Source of the DNA: Alphaproteobacteria bacterium
GTDB lineage: Bacteria > Pseudomonadota > Alphaproteobacteria > SMXQ01
Direction: 5' to 3'
Length of the DNA stretch: 64,000 nt
NCBI GenBank assembly: GCA_009380075.1
Contig: WHSO01000003.1
Coordinates: 4,724 to 68,723 of the forward strand
In this document: one piece after another, positions 50,183-60,066 of the stretch
Position numbering within the stretch: position 1 is the stretch's first letter
Layout: the number at the start of each line of letters is the position of its first letter
Position numbers and translations under genes: made by a program
The notes under the pieces: generated by a model
Database searches by the model: none
The model's input: the letters and a program-made list of their open reading frames with translations, nothing else
What the model was told of the DNA's origin: nothing

Positions 50183-51256
50183 TCAGTTGAGCCCATAGAA
50201 CGCCCGCGCGTTGGCATCCAGGATCTTGTTGACCGTCTGCTCCGGCAGTTTTCCCTCGTCCCGCATCAGGCGCATGGCATCGATCTCCGTCGCCTGGTCA
50301 TGATGGCCGTAGTCGGTCCCGATCACTAGGTTGTCGTCGCCGACCTTGCTGATGATATAGGGCAGGTCGTCGGTCATCTGACAGGCGACATAGATGTTGT
50401 TGCGCTTGAGAAGGTCAGCCGAGCTCCAGCTCGGGTTGTTCCGGTTCTTCCAGTAGCTGAGTTCGGTATAGTTGATGGCGTAGGGTACCCAGGAGGCGCT
50501 GAATTCGACGAATCCCCAGCGCATCTTCGGGAACTTCTGTGGAATGTCGCGCATGATGAGGGCATGAAACGCGCCGACGCCGGGCGAACGGTTGGACATG
50601 AACCGGGTCGAGGAATTCTTGAACAGGTTCATATACGTCGCGCTATGAATGCCTGAGTGGATGCAGGCCGCAAGGTCGAGTTCCTGCGCGATTTCCCACA
50701 GCGGATAGAAATAGGGATCGTCGAGTTCGCGGTCGTTCTCGATGCCGACGAGAAAGATGCCGCAGGCGCCGTTGTCCTTGCAGAAACGGAGCTCGTCCGC
50801 GACCTTCTCCCTGGAGCGCAGCGGCGGAATCGCCACCCAGCGCAGGCGGTTGTCGCTCTTCTTCCAGATATCGGCGAGCCAGCGGTTATAACTGCGGATC
50901 AGCGCCCATTCGCAGTCCGGGTTCTCGGTCTTGCTGCTGAGGAAATAGGTCGGATACAGGACCTGGACGTCGATGCCCATCTGGTCCATATGGGCGAGCC
51001 GGCCCTTGATGTCGGTCATTTCACGCTGGCCCGGCGTGGTTTCGTCATAGCCCTGGTTGCGCGTGGGCGACCAGACATTGCCGTCCACCAGCCAGTATTC
51101 CTTGCTACGGGCCTTGCCTCCTTGGGTATCGATGATGTCGTCGGGGGACGAGTGCAGGAGGACGGGACGGTATTTCTCCTGCCCCTTCTCCATATAGGTG
51201 AAGGTCCGCAGGGTTTCGATCACATGGGCATCGGAATCGACGATCTTGAGAGACAT
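50183..51256 (-). CDS. Amidohydrolase family 2 protein (more distant paralog)
   Basis: VDSDAHV, RLAHMDQMGIDVQVLYPT, CIHSG, GTDYGH. Confidence 0.85.
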   Translation of the reverse strand: MSLKIVDSDAHVIETLRTFTYMEKGQEKYRPVLLHSSPDDIIDTQGGKARSKEYWLVDGNVWSPTRNQGYDETTPGQREMTDIKGRLAHMDQMGIDVQVLYPTYFLSSKTENPDCEWALIRSYNRWLADIWKKSDNRLRWVAIPPLRSREKVADELRFCKDNGACGIFLVGIENDRELDDPYFYPLWEIAQELDLAACIHSGIHSATYMNLFKNSSTRFMSNRSPGVGAFHALIMRDIPQKFPKMRWGFVEFSASWVPYAINYTELSYWKNRNNPSWSSADLLKRNNIYVACQMTDDLPYIISKVGDDNLVIGTDYGHHDQATEIDAMRLMRDEGKLPEQTVNKILDANARAFYGLN

Positions 51257-51490
51257 GGTTTCCTTCCCGGACTAGGGCCTGAACGGCCGGTCATTTGCCC
51301 ACAGGATAGGCCCTCCGGTTCCCGGTTCCAAGTGGGCGAGGCGGGTAGCGGGCCGCCGTCCGGTTTTGGCTGTTCCTGGCCCGTAACCGGCGTGTGCCGC
51401 CGCCCCTGCCATGCTATAGAAAGGCAAATGTGTCGCGAGAGCTCAAGCGATGGCGCATGCATCCGAAGGGAACATGGGGAGACCGGGATC

Positions 51491-52626
51491 ATGAATTTTC
51501 ACAACCAATTGGCACTCGTCGGGGCAATTCTGGCGATCGCTTGGCCGTCTGGGTCGGCGCATGCCCTCGAGGACTGGAATTCCGTGCTGGCGCAAGCCCG
51601 TCAGGAAGGCCTCGTCGTCGTCCATGGTGCGCCGGGCAAGAGTTACGCCGACGCGATGGTGAGGGCCTTCAACAAGGCCCATCCCGATATTCGGGTACAG
51701 TTCTCCGGCGCGTCCAACCGCACCGACGTGCCCAAGCTGCTGCGGGAGCGCAAGGCCAGCATCTATGCCTGGGACGTCTGGGTCTCGGGCGCGGGCACGG
51801 CGGTGTCGCGGCTCAAGCCCCAGGGCATCTTCCAGCCCCTGCGCCAGTACCTGAGAAAAGAGACGATGGAGGACAAGCACTGGCATGGGGAATTCGGCGC
51901 CGGCTGGATGGATAACGAGAAGCAGTTTTTCTATTCCTTCGAGGGCACCGTGCAGAATCCCGTTTCGGTCAATTGGGAGTTCGTGAAGAAGTCCTCCATC
52001 ACGTCGATCAAGGATCTGCTCAAGCCGGAATTCGCGGGCAAGATCATCTGGCACGATCCCCGCTTCAACGGATCGGGCAACGGCGCGTCCCAGACGCTCT
52101 TTGTCAACTTCGGCGAAGACTTCCTGAGGGCCTTCTACCGTCAGAAGATCGTCTATGCGACGAACCGCCGCCAGATCGCCGATTGGGTGGTGCGCGGCCG
52201 CTATCCCATCGCGCTCGGCCTTGACGAGAACGACGTGAAGGTCTTCCAGAGCCAGGGATTGGGTAAGCAGATCGAACCGTTGCCGGAAGTTTCTACAAGA
52301 TCCAGCAGTTGAGTTCCGGCTTCGGCGGCGTCGGTATCGTCGACCGTGCGCCGCATCCGAACGCGGCCGCTGTCTACGTGAACTGGCTGCTCGGCAAGGA
52401 TGGCCAGGAGGCCTGGTCGCGCGTACCCCGCATCTCGCGGCGGCTCGACGTCAAGGCGGTGGATACCAGTCTTCTGCCGCGTCCCGGGGTCGTCTATTTC
52501 AACGGGCAGACCGAGGAGAACGCCAAGCAGCGGATCATGCTGCAGGGGATTGCGCGGGAGGTGATCGGTGCCCCGCCGGAAAGGAAGGGGCGGAAGAAGA
52601 AGCGAAAGAAGAAATCAGGGGAATAG
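51491..52626 (+). pseudogene. ABC substrate-binding protein (Fe3+/polyamine class) split by a 1-nt deletion near 52289
   Basis: Signal peptide from ATG 51491. The frame stops at 52312, but the -1 frame continues FYKIQQLSSGFGGVGIVDRAPHPNAAAVYVNWLL and ends in RKKKRKKKSGE. Confidence 0.75.
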
Positions 52627-52650
52627 AACTGGCCGCATACGGAGGAAATC

Positions 52651-53064
52651 ATGGCTCAACCGACAAACCGCAAGGCGAAGGTCCGGCACATCGCGATCAA
52701 GACGCCTGACCCGCAGCGCCTTGCCGATTACTACACCAAGGTCTACGGCCTTGATGTCGTTTTGCGGCGCGCGACCGGCTCGGTTTACCTGTCCGACGGC
52801 GATCTGTGCTTGGCGCTTCTGCCGACGCGGGGCGAATGCGCACCCGGGATCGAGCATTTCGGTTTCCACATCCAGGACCCCCAGGAGATTGCCGACGCCT
52901 TGGAAGGGATGGGCATGGAACGGCCCAAGGGGCGTCCGAACGATCCACCATTTGCCGAGACCCGCGTTTGCGATCCCGACGGCAACATGATCGACCTTTC
53001 GGTGCACGGGTTCGAGATGCAGGAATTCCAGGCCGACCGGGTCAGAAAAGCGGGCGTGAAGTAG
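52651..53064 (+). CDS. VOC (glyoxalase/bleomycin-resistance/extradiol dioxygenase) family protein
   Basis: VRHIAIKTPDP...YYTKVYGL, GIEHFGFHI, DPDGNMIDLS. Confidence 0.85.
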   Translation: MAQPTNRKAKVRHIAIKTPDPQRLADYYTKVYGLDVVLRRATGSVYLSDGDLCLALLPTRGECAPGIEHFGFHIQDPQEIADALEGMGMERPKGRPNDPPFAETRVCDPDGNMIDLSVHGFEMQEFQADRVRKAGVK

Positions 53065-53147
53065 CCCCGCGGAAACCATTCTCTTTTCCCGGGAACCACC
53101 CCCACGATGGCGGAGGGGCGCGCAGTTTCAGTCGGCCTTTTTTGCTG

Positions 53148-53176
53148 TTGCCGGATGAGACAGGCGGCGCTATACC
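53148..53176 (+). promoter_or_regulatory. Putative sigma70 promoter of the heme uptake operon
   Basis: TTGCCG-N17-TATACC directly upstream of the palindromic operator. Confidence 0.5.
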
Positions 53177-53181
53177 ATGCA

Positions 53182-53200
53182 ATTGCGACTTAGTCGCATA
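53182..53200. promoter_or_regulatory. Fur-like iron operator (perfect 7-1-7 palindrome TGCGACT-T-AGTCGCA)
   Basis: Perfect palindrome over the predicted transcription start, upstream of hemP; resembles the alphaproteobacterial Fur-box pattern. Confidence 0.65.
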
Positions 53201-53301
53201 CCTTGTCCCCGTCCATAGCGGGGGCGACCGTCAATCGTGCCGTGACGTCCGTCACGGTGCACCGCGCCTAGGCGCCCTGGATCGAGGCCGAGAAAGGCCG
53301 C

Positions 53302-53499
53302 TTGATGATCGACAGTAATAGTAATGAGGAAAGCCCGGTTCCCGTTCGTTCTGCGGAGCGGGTGAGCAAAGATGCCCCGCGTCCGGTCCTTCTCAGCGAA
53401 GATCTTCTGGGACAGGGTGGAGAAGTGGCGATCCGCCACGGTGGGGAAACCTATCGCCTGCGTCGCACGCGGAGCGGCAAGCTTATCCTGACCAAGTAA
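53302..53499 (+). CDS. hemP: Hemin uptake protein HemP/HmuP
   Basis: SEDLLGQGGEVAIRHGGETYRLRRTRSGKLILTK terminus. Confidence 0.92.
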   Translation: MMIDSNSNEESPVPVRSAERVSKDAPRPVLLSEDLLGQGGEVAIRHGGETYRLRRTRSGKLILTK

Positions 53500-53618
53500 C
53501 CGCGGCCCTGTTGTGCGCCGGCGTCGGCAGGCGCCTGGCGGCAGCCGGGTCGAAAGACGTCCAGCCAGCCACCGGGCGACAGCCCGCGAAGCCAGCCAGC
53601 CCATCGACGGAGAACACA

Positions 53619-54755
53619 ATGGCCACCGCCCGGGGCATGCTTGCGCGCGTCAATGTCGTTTCCCTGGAGACGTTCCGGGAGTGCGCGTCTCCGAATCTCC
53701 CGCCACCCGGTCCCGTTGGAGGTGACGCCTCCGCTGAGACCGACCCGATCAGGCCGATGCTGTCTCCTGCCGGGCGACGCCTCCATCCGGCGGCGCTTTT
53801 GGCGGCACTCGCGGTGCATGTCGCCGTTGCCGCGTCCCTGCTGTGGGAGGTTTCCGACCGGGGCGCCAAGGCGGCCGGTCAGGGCGGCATCGTCATGGCA
53901 TTCGAGATTGCCGGCGCCGCGGCGGGATCTGCGGTCGAGACGCCGGGCGAGGATCGAGATTCCGACACCGAACAGGCCAATCCACAGAAAACCCCCGAAA
54001 CGGAAGAGGTCGTCGAAACAGAAACGCCGGAAAGGGAGGCGGCGCCGGTTGAAGAGCAAACGGCGGAGGCGGTGCCTGAACCCGCGGCCGAACCTGTGCC
54101 CGAAGCCGCGCCCGAGGTTTCGGAGGAACCAGCCGTGCAAGAAGTACCCGAACCCGAAATCGTGCAACCGCCGGACACGGAGCCGGTCGTTGAAGCCGTC
54201 GAACCGCCCCCGGAGGTCGTGCCGCCCGAACCGCCGAAGGAGTTTTCTGCCATTCGGCCATCCCGCCGTCCCAATCCCCCGGTGCCACAACCGGCCGTTC
54301 GGGAAGCGGAGCGCAAATCCGAACCGGCATCGGCACCGCCGACGGAAAACGAGAGGGCAACGGAAAAAAGTGTCGTCGCCGCCGTCGCCGGCGAGGGCGG
54401 TCTTGCCGAACGATCCGAGGTGGAGGGCAAGGGAAGTGGTACGTCAACAGCGGGTGGCGGCCTCGTGGGCGCGAGCACCGATTACTTCGCGATGCTCCGC
54501 GCCTGGCTCGAGCAGCACAAGGAATACCCGCGTCGCGCCCGGGTCCGCCGCGAACAGGGCACGGTTCTGCTGCGCGTGACCTTCGTGCCGGGGGGTGATC
54601 TCCTGGCCTATAGCGTGCAACGGTCCTCGGGACATCCGGAACTGGACCGGGCCGCCGAATCGATGATCAAGCGGGCCCAGCCGTTTCCGCCAAACCCGAC
54701 CGGCGCGAATGGGACCCTTGAGGTGGTGGTCCCGGTCAGTTTCCTGCTCCAGTGA
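53619..54755 (+). CDS. tonB: Energy transducer TonB
   Basis: TM with SxxxH-like segment (LAALAVHVAV), Pro/Glu-rich linker, C-terminal YPRRARVRREQGTV...SSGHPELDRAA. Start is uncertain (53619 has a GGAG RBS). Confidence 0.85.
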   Translation: MATARGMLARVNVVSLETFRECASPNLPPPGPVGGDASAETDPIRPMLSPAGRRLHPAALLAALAVHVAVAASLLWEVSDRGAKAAGQGGIVMAFEIAGAAAGSAVETPGEDRDSDTEQANPQKTPETEEVVETETPEREAAPVEEQTAEAVPEPAAEPVPEAAPEVSEEPAVQEVPEPEIVQPPDTEPVVEAVEPPPEVVPPEPPKEFSAIRPSRRPNPPVPQPAVREAERKSEPASAPPTENERATEKSVVAAVAGEGGLAERSEVEGKGSGTSTAGGGLVGASTDYFAMLRAWLEQHKEYPRRARVRREQGTVLLRVTFVPGGDLLAYSVQRSSGHPELDRAAESMIKRAQPFPPNPTGANGTLEVVVPVSFLLQ

Positions 54756-54788
54756 TCGCCGCCAGAAGAGCAATGTTACAATTAGTAT

Positions 54789-54809
54789 TGCAAATGAGAA
54801 TTATTTGCA
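54789..54809. promoter_or_regulatory. Classical Fur-box-like operator upstream of the heme receptor
   Basis: TGCAAAT-GAGAATT-ATTTGCA inverted repeat in an AT-rich island; 13/19 match to GATAATGATAATCATTATC by hand count. Confidence 0.7.
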
Positions 54810-54930
54810 TAATGTTACCCACATCGTTGCGCCGGTCGGTGGCGCACGATGTCGCACGAGCGAGCGAACCCACGCCTTCAGGCTTCGGCAGCCAGCCAGT
54901 ATCCCTGAAGCTGAAGCCGGGAGGTGGAAC

Positions 54931-57009
54931 ATGCTCGCTCGATGGGTTGTCGCGATGGCGTTCGTTGGCGTCCTCGCTCTTGTAGGATCGCCCGTGCGCG
55001 CGCAGTCCGCGGCGGGGACCGAGACGGCGGAGAGTCTGGCGCCGATCTCCGTAACCGCAACGCGCAACCCGATCGAGTCCTTCGACTATCCAGGCATGGT
55101 CAGCGTCATAGGGCGCGATGAGATGAACCGAAACCAACCGTCCACACTCGACGAACTGCTGCGCGACGTCCCCGGCATCACGTTCACCGGCGGCCCGCGT
55201 CGCACCGGGGAGGTGCCGGCCATCCGCGGGTTCAGTGGCGCTGACGTGATCCTGATGCTCGACGGCGCGCGCCAGAATTTCTCCTCCGGCCACGACGGGC
55301 GCATCTTCGTGGACCCGTTTTTCCTGCGCCAGGCCGAGGTGGTGCGGGGCTCGTCCTCGGCGCTCTACGGCAGTGGCGGCACCGGTGGCGTCATGGAATT
55401 CCGCACCCTCGAGGCGGGGGATCTGATCGGCGCAGGTAAGGACTACGGTGTCGAAATCGGCACGGGCCTGCAGTCGGTCAACGACGAATGGGCCAACGGC
55501 GTCGTCGGCGCCATGCGGTTCAATCCCGCGACGACGGCGCTGGGCGGCCTGGTGTTGCGCAATTCCGGCAGTATCCGCCTCGGCAGCGAGGCCGACCTGC
55601 TGTCCGATGACGATATCCTCTCCGGACTGTTCAAGGCGCGCACGGGCTGGGCCCACAACAGCCTGGAAGTCTCCGCCAACCGCTTCACCAACGATGCGAA
55701 GGAGCCCAACAACGGCCAGTCCACAGGCAACGATATCGTCGCCAAGGACATTCGTTCCGACACGTTCCGCGTCGCCTACGGGTTCAAGGATCCGGCGAAC
55801 CGCTGGCTCGATCTCGACGCGCTCGTCTACCACGTCAACATTCATGAGACGGAGGTGCGCCTCGACGACAACGGGGAAGGGCCGGAAGGCCAGGTGCAGG
55901 AGCAGTTGCTCACGACCAGCGGGTTGCGTGTCGACAACCGCACCCGCCTGCCCGTCGCCGACAACATCTTCACGGTCCTGACCTACGGCGTCGAAGGCTA
56001 TCGCGACGAGGGTGAGGGCCGCGAAGACGGTGGTCCGCGCGACGGTGTCCCCGACGCCAAGGCCTGGTTCGGTGCCACTTTCGCTCAGGCGCAAATCGAA
56101 TTCGAGAACCTGTGGGGCGAGGGCACGGGCATTACCTTGCTGCCGGGCCTGCGCTACGACCGCTACACTTCGGAATCCTCGGGCAACAGCGACAATACCT
56201 CCGACGAGATTTCGCCCAAGATCGCCGTCCAGGTGCGCCCGGTCCGGCCGCTCTCGATCTTCGGCAGTTGGGCCCGGGCGTTCCGCGCGCCCAGCCTGGG
56301 CGAACTCTACCCTTCCGGCACCCATTTCTCGATTCCGGGCTTCGGCGTGAATTCCTTCATCCCCAATCCGGACCTGCGCCCGCAGACGACCGATACGTTC
56401 GAGGCCGGCCTCGGCCTTCGCTTCAGGGACGTGCTGGATGGTGGCGACACCGCGCAGGTGAAGGGGTCGCATTACTGGATGACGGGCAAGAACTTCATCG
56501 ACCTTGTGGTGATCCAGCCGGGCCCGCCGGCGTGTTTCCCCCCCAACTGCAATGGCACGACCCAGAGCGTCAACGTCGCCAATGCCCGTCTGAACGGTTA
56601 CGAGATCGAGGCAAACTACGACCACTCGAACTATCTTCTGGCCGCGTCTTTCGCCCACATCGACGGCGAGGATGAGGACACGGGCGAACCACTCGGCGTG
56701 CTGACGCCCGATACGCTGAGCCTGCATGCCGCTTACCGGATTCCGCAGAATCGTTTGCAGGTCGGGTGGCGCTTCGTGCATGCGGACGATTTCACCAATA
56801 CCAGCGATGCGTCGCTGCGCCGGGAATCCTACGACCTGCATCATGCCTACGTGCAGTGGCGTGCGGGTGGGGAGGATTCCCTCGCGGGCCTCGGCGTCAC
56901 CTTCGGCATCGACAACATCTTCGACAAGGACTATGCGCGCGTCGCCAACAGCGCGTCGGAGCCGGGGCGCAACTTCAAGGTCACGGTGAACTACCGCACG
57001 ACCTGGTGA
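54931..57009 (+). CDS. hmuR: TonB-dependent heme/hemoglobin receptor
   Basis: Signal peptide, ISVTATR TonB-box region, VVRGSSSALYGSGGTGGV plug, FRAP and NPDL motifs flanking a His, C-terminal PGRNFKVTVNYRTTW. Confidence 0.9.
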   Translation: MLARWVVAMAFVGVLALVGSPVRAQSAAGTETAESLAPISVTATRNPIESFDYPGMVSVIGRDEMNRNQPSTLDELLRDVPGITFTGGPRRTGEVPAIRGFSGADVILMLDGARQNFSSGHDGRIFVDPFFLRQAEVVRGSSSALYGSGGTGGVMEFRTLEAGDLIGAGKDYGVEIGTGLQSVNDEWANGVVGAMRFNPATTALGGLVLRNSGSIRLGSEADLLSDDDILSGLFKARTGWAHNSLEVSANRFTNDAKEPNNGQSTGNDIVAKDIRSDTFRVAYGFKDPANRWLDLDALVYHVNIHETEVRLDDNGEGPEGQVQEQLLTTSGLRVDNRTRLPVADNIFTVLTYGVEGYRDEGEGREDGGPRDGVPDAKAWFGATFAQAQIEFENLWGEGTGITLLPGLRYDRYTSESSGNSDNTSDEISPKIAVQVRPVRPLSIFGSWARAFRAPSLGELYPSGTHFSIPGFGVNSFIPNPDLRPQTTDTFEAGLGLRFRDVLDGGDTAQVKGSHYWMTGKNFIDLVVIQPGPPACFPPNCNGTTQSVNVANARLNGYEIEANYDHSNYLLAASFAHIDGEDEDTGEPLGVLTPDTLSLHAAYRIPQNRLQVGWRFVHADDFTNTSDASLRRESYDLHHAYVQWRAGGEDSLAGLGVTFGIDNIFDKDYARVANSASEPGRNFKVTVNYRTTW

Positions 57010-57038
57010 TGATGCTTAATAAGTAAGGAGGACAGGAC

Positions 57039-58106
57039 ATGACGGATACGGCAATCGTGCCCCGGGGCGAAGGCGACGGAGTCCGGGGGGCCTGGCTCGA
57101 TCTCAAGGCGGCGGAGCCCCATATCCGGGCGCGCGACGCGGCGGAACGACTCGGCGTCAGCGAGGCGGAGCTGGTCGCCGCCCGGCTCGGCGACGGGGTG
57201 CGGCGGCTGCAGCCGCGCTGGGCCGAGCTCCTGACGGCGCTTCCGTCGTTGGGCGAAGTCATGACGCTGACCCGCAACGATTACGCCGTTCACGAAAAGA
57301 CCGGCGCGTTCGGCAATGTCTCGGTCAATGGCCATGTCGCGCTGGTGCTGAACCAGGACATTGACCTGCGCCTCTTTCTCGGCCGCTGGGCCCACGTCTT
57401 CGCGGTGGAGGAAGAGACCCGCTCGGGGCCGCGGTCGAGCCTGCAGATATTCGGTGCCGACGGCAGTGCCATCCACAAAATCTACGTCACGGACAGGACC
57501 GACCGTCGTGCGTTCGACGCGCTGGTTGCCGGTTTCCTAGACCATGGTTCCGGCACGTCGCCGGGCATTCTCCCGGCCGAAGCGGAAACCGTGGACAGGC
57601 CCGATTCTCTCGTCGATGTGGCGCGGTTGCACACCGAATGGGATGCTCTCAAGGATACCCATGATTTCGTCTTCCTGCTGAAGCGCCTCGCGGTCGGCCG
57701 GGTCCAGGCCCTGCGCCTCGCCGGGGCACAGCGCGCAATCGCGGTTCCGGCGCCGACGTTCCGCAATGCATTGATCGCCGCGGCCGAACGCGACGTGCCG
57801 ATCATGGTTTTCGTCGGCAATCGCGGGGCGATACAGATTCACACCGGGCCGGTCAGGACCCTGAAGGCGCTCGGTCCGTGGTTCAACGTGCTCGATCCCG
57901 GCTTCAATCTTCACCTGATGGAGACGGGGATCGCCACCGCCTGGATCGTCCGCAAGCCGACGGCCGACGGGACGGTGACCTCGGTCGAAATCTATGATTC
58001 GGCGGGCACCCCGATCGCGCAGATGTTCGGCAAGCGCAAGCCCGGCTTGCCGGAGCGCGAGGACTGGCGCGCACTGGTCGAATCCCTCTCCGGAGCGCCT
58101 GCATGA
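57039..58106 (+). CDS. hmuS: Heme-binding/degrading protein HmuS/HemS/ChuS
   Basis: RARDAAERLGVSEAELVAA, TRNDYAVHEK, IDLRLF, LKDTHDF, QIHTGPV, FGKRKPG. Confidence 0.93.
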   Translation: MTDTAIVPRGEGDGVRGAWLDLKAAEPHIRARDAAERLGVSEAELVAARLGDGVRRLQPRWAELLTALPSLGEVMTLTRNDYAVHEKTGAFGNVSVNGHVALVLNQDIDLRLFLGRWAHVFAVEEETRSGPRSSLQIFGADGSAIHKIYVTDRTDRRAFDALVAGFLDHGSGTSPGILPAEAETVDRPDSLVDVARLHTEWDALKDTHDFVFLLKRLAVGRVQALRLAGAQRAIAVPAPTFRNALIAAAERDVPIMVFVGNRGAIQIHTGPVRTLKALGPWFNVLDPGFNLHLMETGIATAWIVRKPTADGTVTSVEIYDSAGTPIAQMFGKRKPGLPEREDWRALVESLSGAPA

Positions 58107-58978
58107 AGGCGCGCACGCTTTTCGCCGCGGTACTGGTCGTTGTTTTTGCCGGGAGTTACGCGTTCCCCGGCAAGGGGGACACGACTGGGCCGCGGCGGAT
58201 CGTGGCGGTGGGGGGCACGGTGACCGAAATTCTCCACGCCCTCGGCGCCGAGGATCGCATCATCGCGGTGGACAGCACCAGCCGCTATCCGGACTCGGTA
58301 CGCGGTCTGCCCAACGTCGGCTACAAGCGCACCCTGTCGGCGGAGCCGATCGTCGCGTTGGCGCCTGACATGGTCATCGCCGAAGCGGATTCCGGGCCTC
58401 CCTCGGCGCTGTCCCAGTTGCGTGGCGCCGGCGTCAATGTCACGCTCGTGCCGGTGGAGCCGACGCGGGCGGGAGTTGCCGCCAGGATCCGGGCGGTGGC
58501 ACGAGCGGTCGGATTGTCCGCAGAGGGCGACACGCTCGCCGACCGTGTCGACAGCGAATTCGCCGCCGCGCTTGCCGCCGTCGGCGCTGGGCCGCGTCCG
58601 CGGGTGCTGTTCCTCCTGTCGGTCGCGCGCGGAGGCTTGCTCGCGGCGGGCCGGGATACCGCGGCGGACAGCATCATCGCCCTCGCCGGTGGTGAGAACG
58701 CGGTCCAGGGCTACGACGGGTACAAGCCGCTGACCGCGGAGGCCCTGCTCGCACAGGTTCCCGACGTCCTGCTGTTGAGCGAGGAGGGCCTGCGCCTCGT
58801 CGGTGGAACCGCGGGCCTGTTCGCACAGCCCAACCTTTCCGCCGTGCCGTCGTCGAAGCGCCCGCGGGTGGTGGCGATGGACGGGCTCCTGCTGCTCGGA
58901 TTCGGGCCGCGCGCCGGGCAGGCGGTGCGCCAACTCGCGGACGCGTTAGACGGCGCGTCCGTGCGCACGCAACGATAG
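58103..58978 (+). CDS. hmuT: Heme ABC transporter periplasmic binding protein
   Basis: RIVAVGGTVTEILHALG, VGYKRTLSAE with heme-ligand Tyr, LLGFGPR. Confidence 0.9.
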   Translation: MKARTLFAAVLVVVFAGSYAFPGKGDTTGPRRIVAVGGTVTEILHALGAEDRIIAVDSTSRYPDSVRGLPNVGYKRTLSAEPIVALAPDMVIAEADSGPPSALSQLRGAGVNVTLVPVEPTRAGVAARIRAVARAVGLSAEGDTLADRVDSEFAAALAAVGAGPRPRVLFLLSVARGGLLAAGRDTAADSIIALAGGENAVQGYDGYKPLTAEALLAQVPDVLLLSEEGLRLVGGTAGLFAQPNLSAVPSSKRPRVVAMDGLLLLGFGPRAGQAVRQLADALDGASVRTQR

Positions 58979-58983
58979 AGCTC

Positions 58984-60066
58984 GTGACCGCGTTGTCGGA
59001 AACCGTGTCCGCCGCCTTTGCCCTGCACAGGCGGCGCAATGCGGCGGTCTTCATCGCGCTTGGGCTGCTGGTGTCCGCGGCGGTCCTGCTTGGGTCCTGG
59101 GTCGGCGCCGCCGGAATCGGCCCGGAACGGTTTCTCGTCATCTTTTCCGCCGAACTGGGACTGACGCCGGCGGCGGCGGTCAGCGAATCCGAACGTGCCG
59201 TGCTGCTGTTCATCCGGTTGCCGCGCGTTGCCCTGGGCCTCTGCGCCGGCGCGGCGCTCGCGGTATCGGGAGCGGTCCTGCAGGGGCTGTTCCGCAACCC
59301 GCTGGCCGACCCAGGCCTGATCGGCGTGTCCACCGGCGCGGCCCTCGCCGCCGTGGCCGTGATCGTTTTTGGTGGCGCCGGACTCGCCGCCGTCATCCCG
59401 CCCGCCTATGTCCTGCCGGTCGCGGCCTTCGCCGGCGGTATCGCCGCCACGGTCATGGTCTATCGCATTGCCCGGCGCGACGGGGCGACCGATGCGGCCA
59501 CGCTCCTGCTGGCGGGCGTCGCCCTCAACGCGCTGACCGCGGCGGGAATCGGCGCGCTCGTGTTCGCAAGCACGGACCAACAACTCAGGGACCTCAGCTT
59601 CTGGATGTTGGGTAGTCTCGGCAATGCGTCCTGGCGCATGCTGACCGTCGCCGGACCGGCCATGATCGCAGCGGTTTCCGTCCTGCTGCTGAGCGCGCGG
59701 TTCCTCGATGCCATGCTGCTCGGCGAGGGCGAGGCGCGACATCTCGGCTTCGACGTCGAAGCGGGCAAACGCCGCGTCGTGCTTCTGGCGGCGCTGGCGA
59801 CCGGGGGCGCGGTGGCACTGACCGGCGTGATCGGATTCGTCGGACTGGTGGTGCCGCACCTCGTCCGGCTTGTCCTCGGACCGACCCACCGCCTGCTGTT
59901 GCCCGCGTCGGCTCTGCTCGGCGCCGCCCTTCTGGTGATTGCCGACCTGATCGCACGGACCGTCGTTCTGCCGGCGGAACTGCCCATCGGCATCGTCACC
60001 AGTTGCGTCGGCGGACCATTCTTCCTGTGGCTGCTGACGCGCCGGCGCGCCGGGACGGGCTGGTGA
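58984..60066 (+). CDS. hmuU: Heme ABC transporter permease (FecCD family)
   Basis: IRLPRV, QGLFRNPLADPGLIGVS, FWMLGSL, GVIGFVGLVVPH, ELPIGIVT. Confidence 0.93.
   Translation: MTALSETVSAAFALHRRRNAAVFIALGLLVSAAVLLGSWVGAAGIGPERFLVIFSAELGLTPAAAVSESERAVLLFIRLPRVALGLCAGAALAVSGAVLQGLFRNPLADPGLIGVSTGAALAAVAVIVFGGAGLAAVIPPAYVLPVAAFAGGIAATVMVYRIARRDGATDAATLLLAGVALNALTAAGIGALVFASTDQQLRDLSFWMLGSLGNASWRMLTVAGPAMIAAVSVLLLSARFLDAMLLGEGEARHLGFDVEAGKRRVVLLAALATGGAVALTGVIGFVGLVVPHLVRLVLGPTHRLLLPASALLGAALLVIADLIARTVVLPAELPIGIVTSCVGGPFFLWLLTRRRAGTGW

Noticed and set aside
50657-51490. N-terminal 278 aa of the 551-aa ORF
   Set aside because: Antisense shadow of the amidohydrolase plus intergenic DNA; the SBP signal peptide starts at 51491.
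53900-54420. Repetitive GAA/CCC-rich DNA as a possible repeat array
   Set aside because: It encodes the normal Pro/Glu-rich TonB linker; there are no constant repeat-spacer units.
54736-56844. 702-aa antisense ORF, and similar long shadows such as 36087-37922, 29250-30788 and 58711-60369
   Set aside because: They mirror well-supported genes on the opposite strand or frame, as expected from high-GC codon bias, and show no family motifs.
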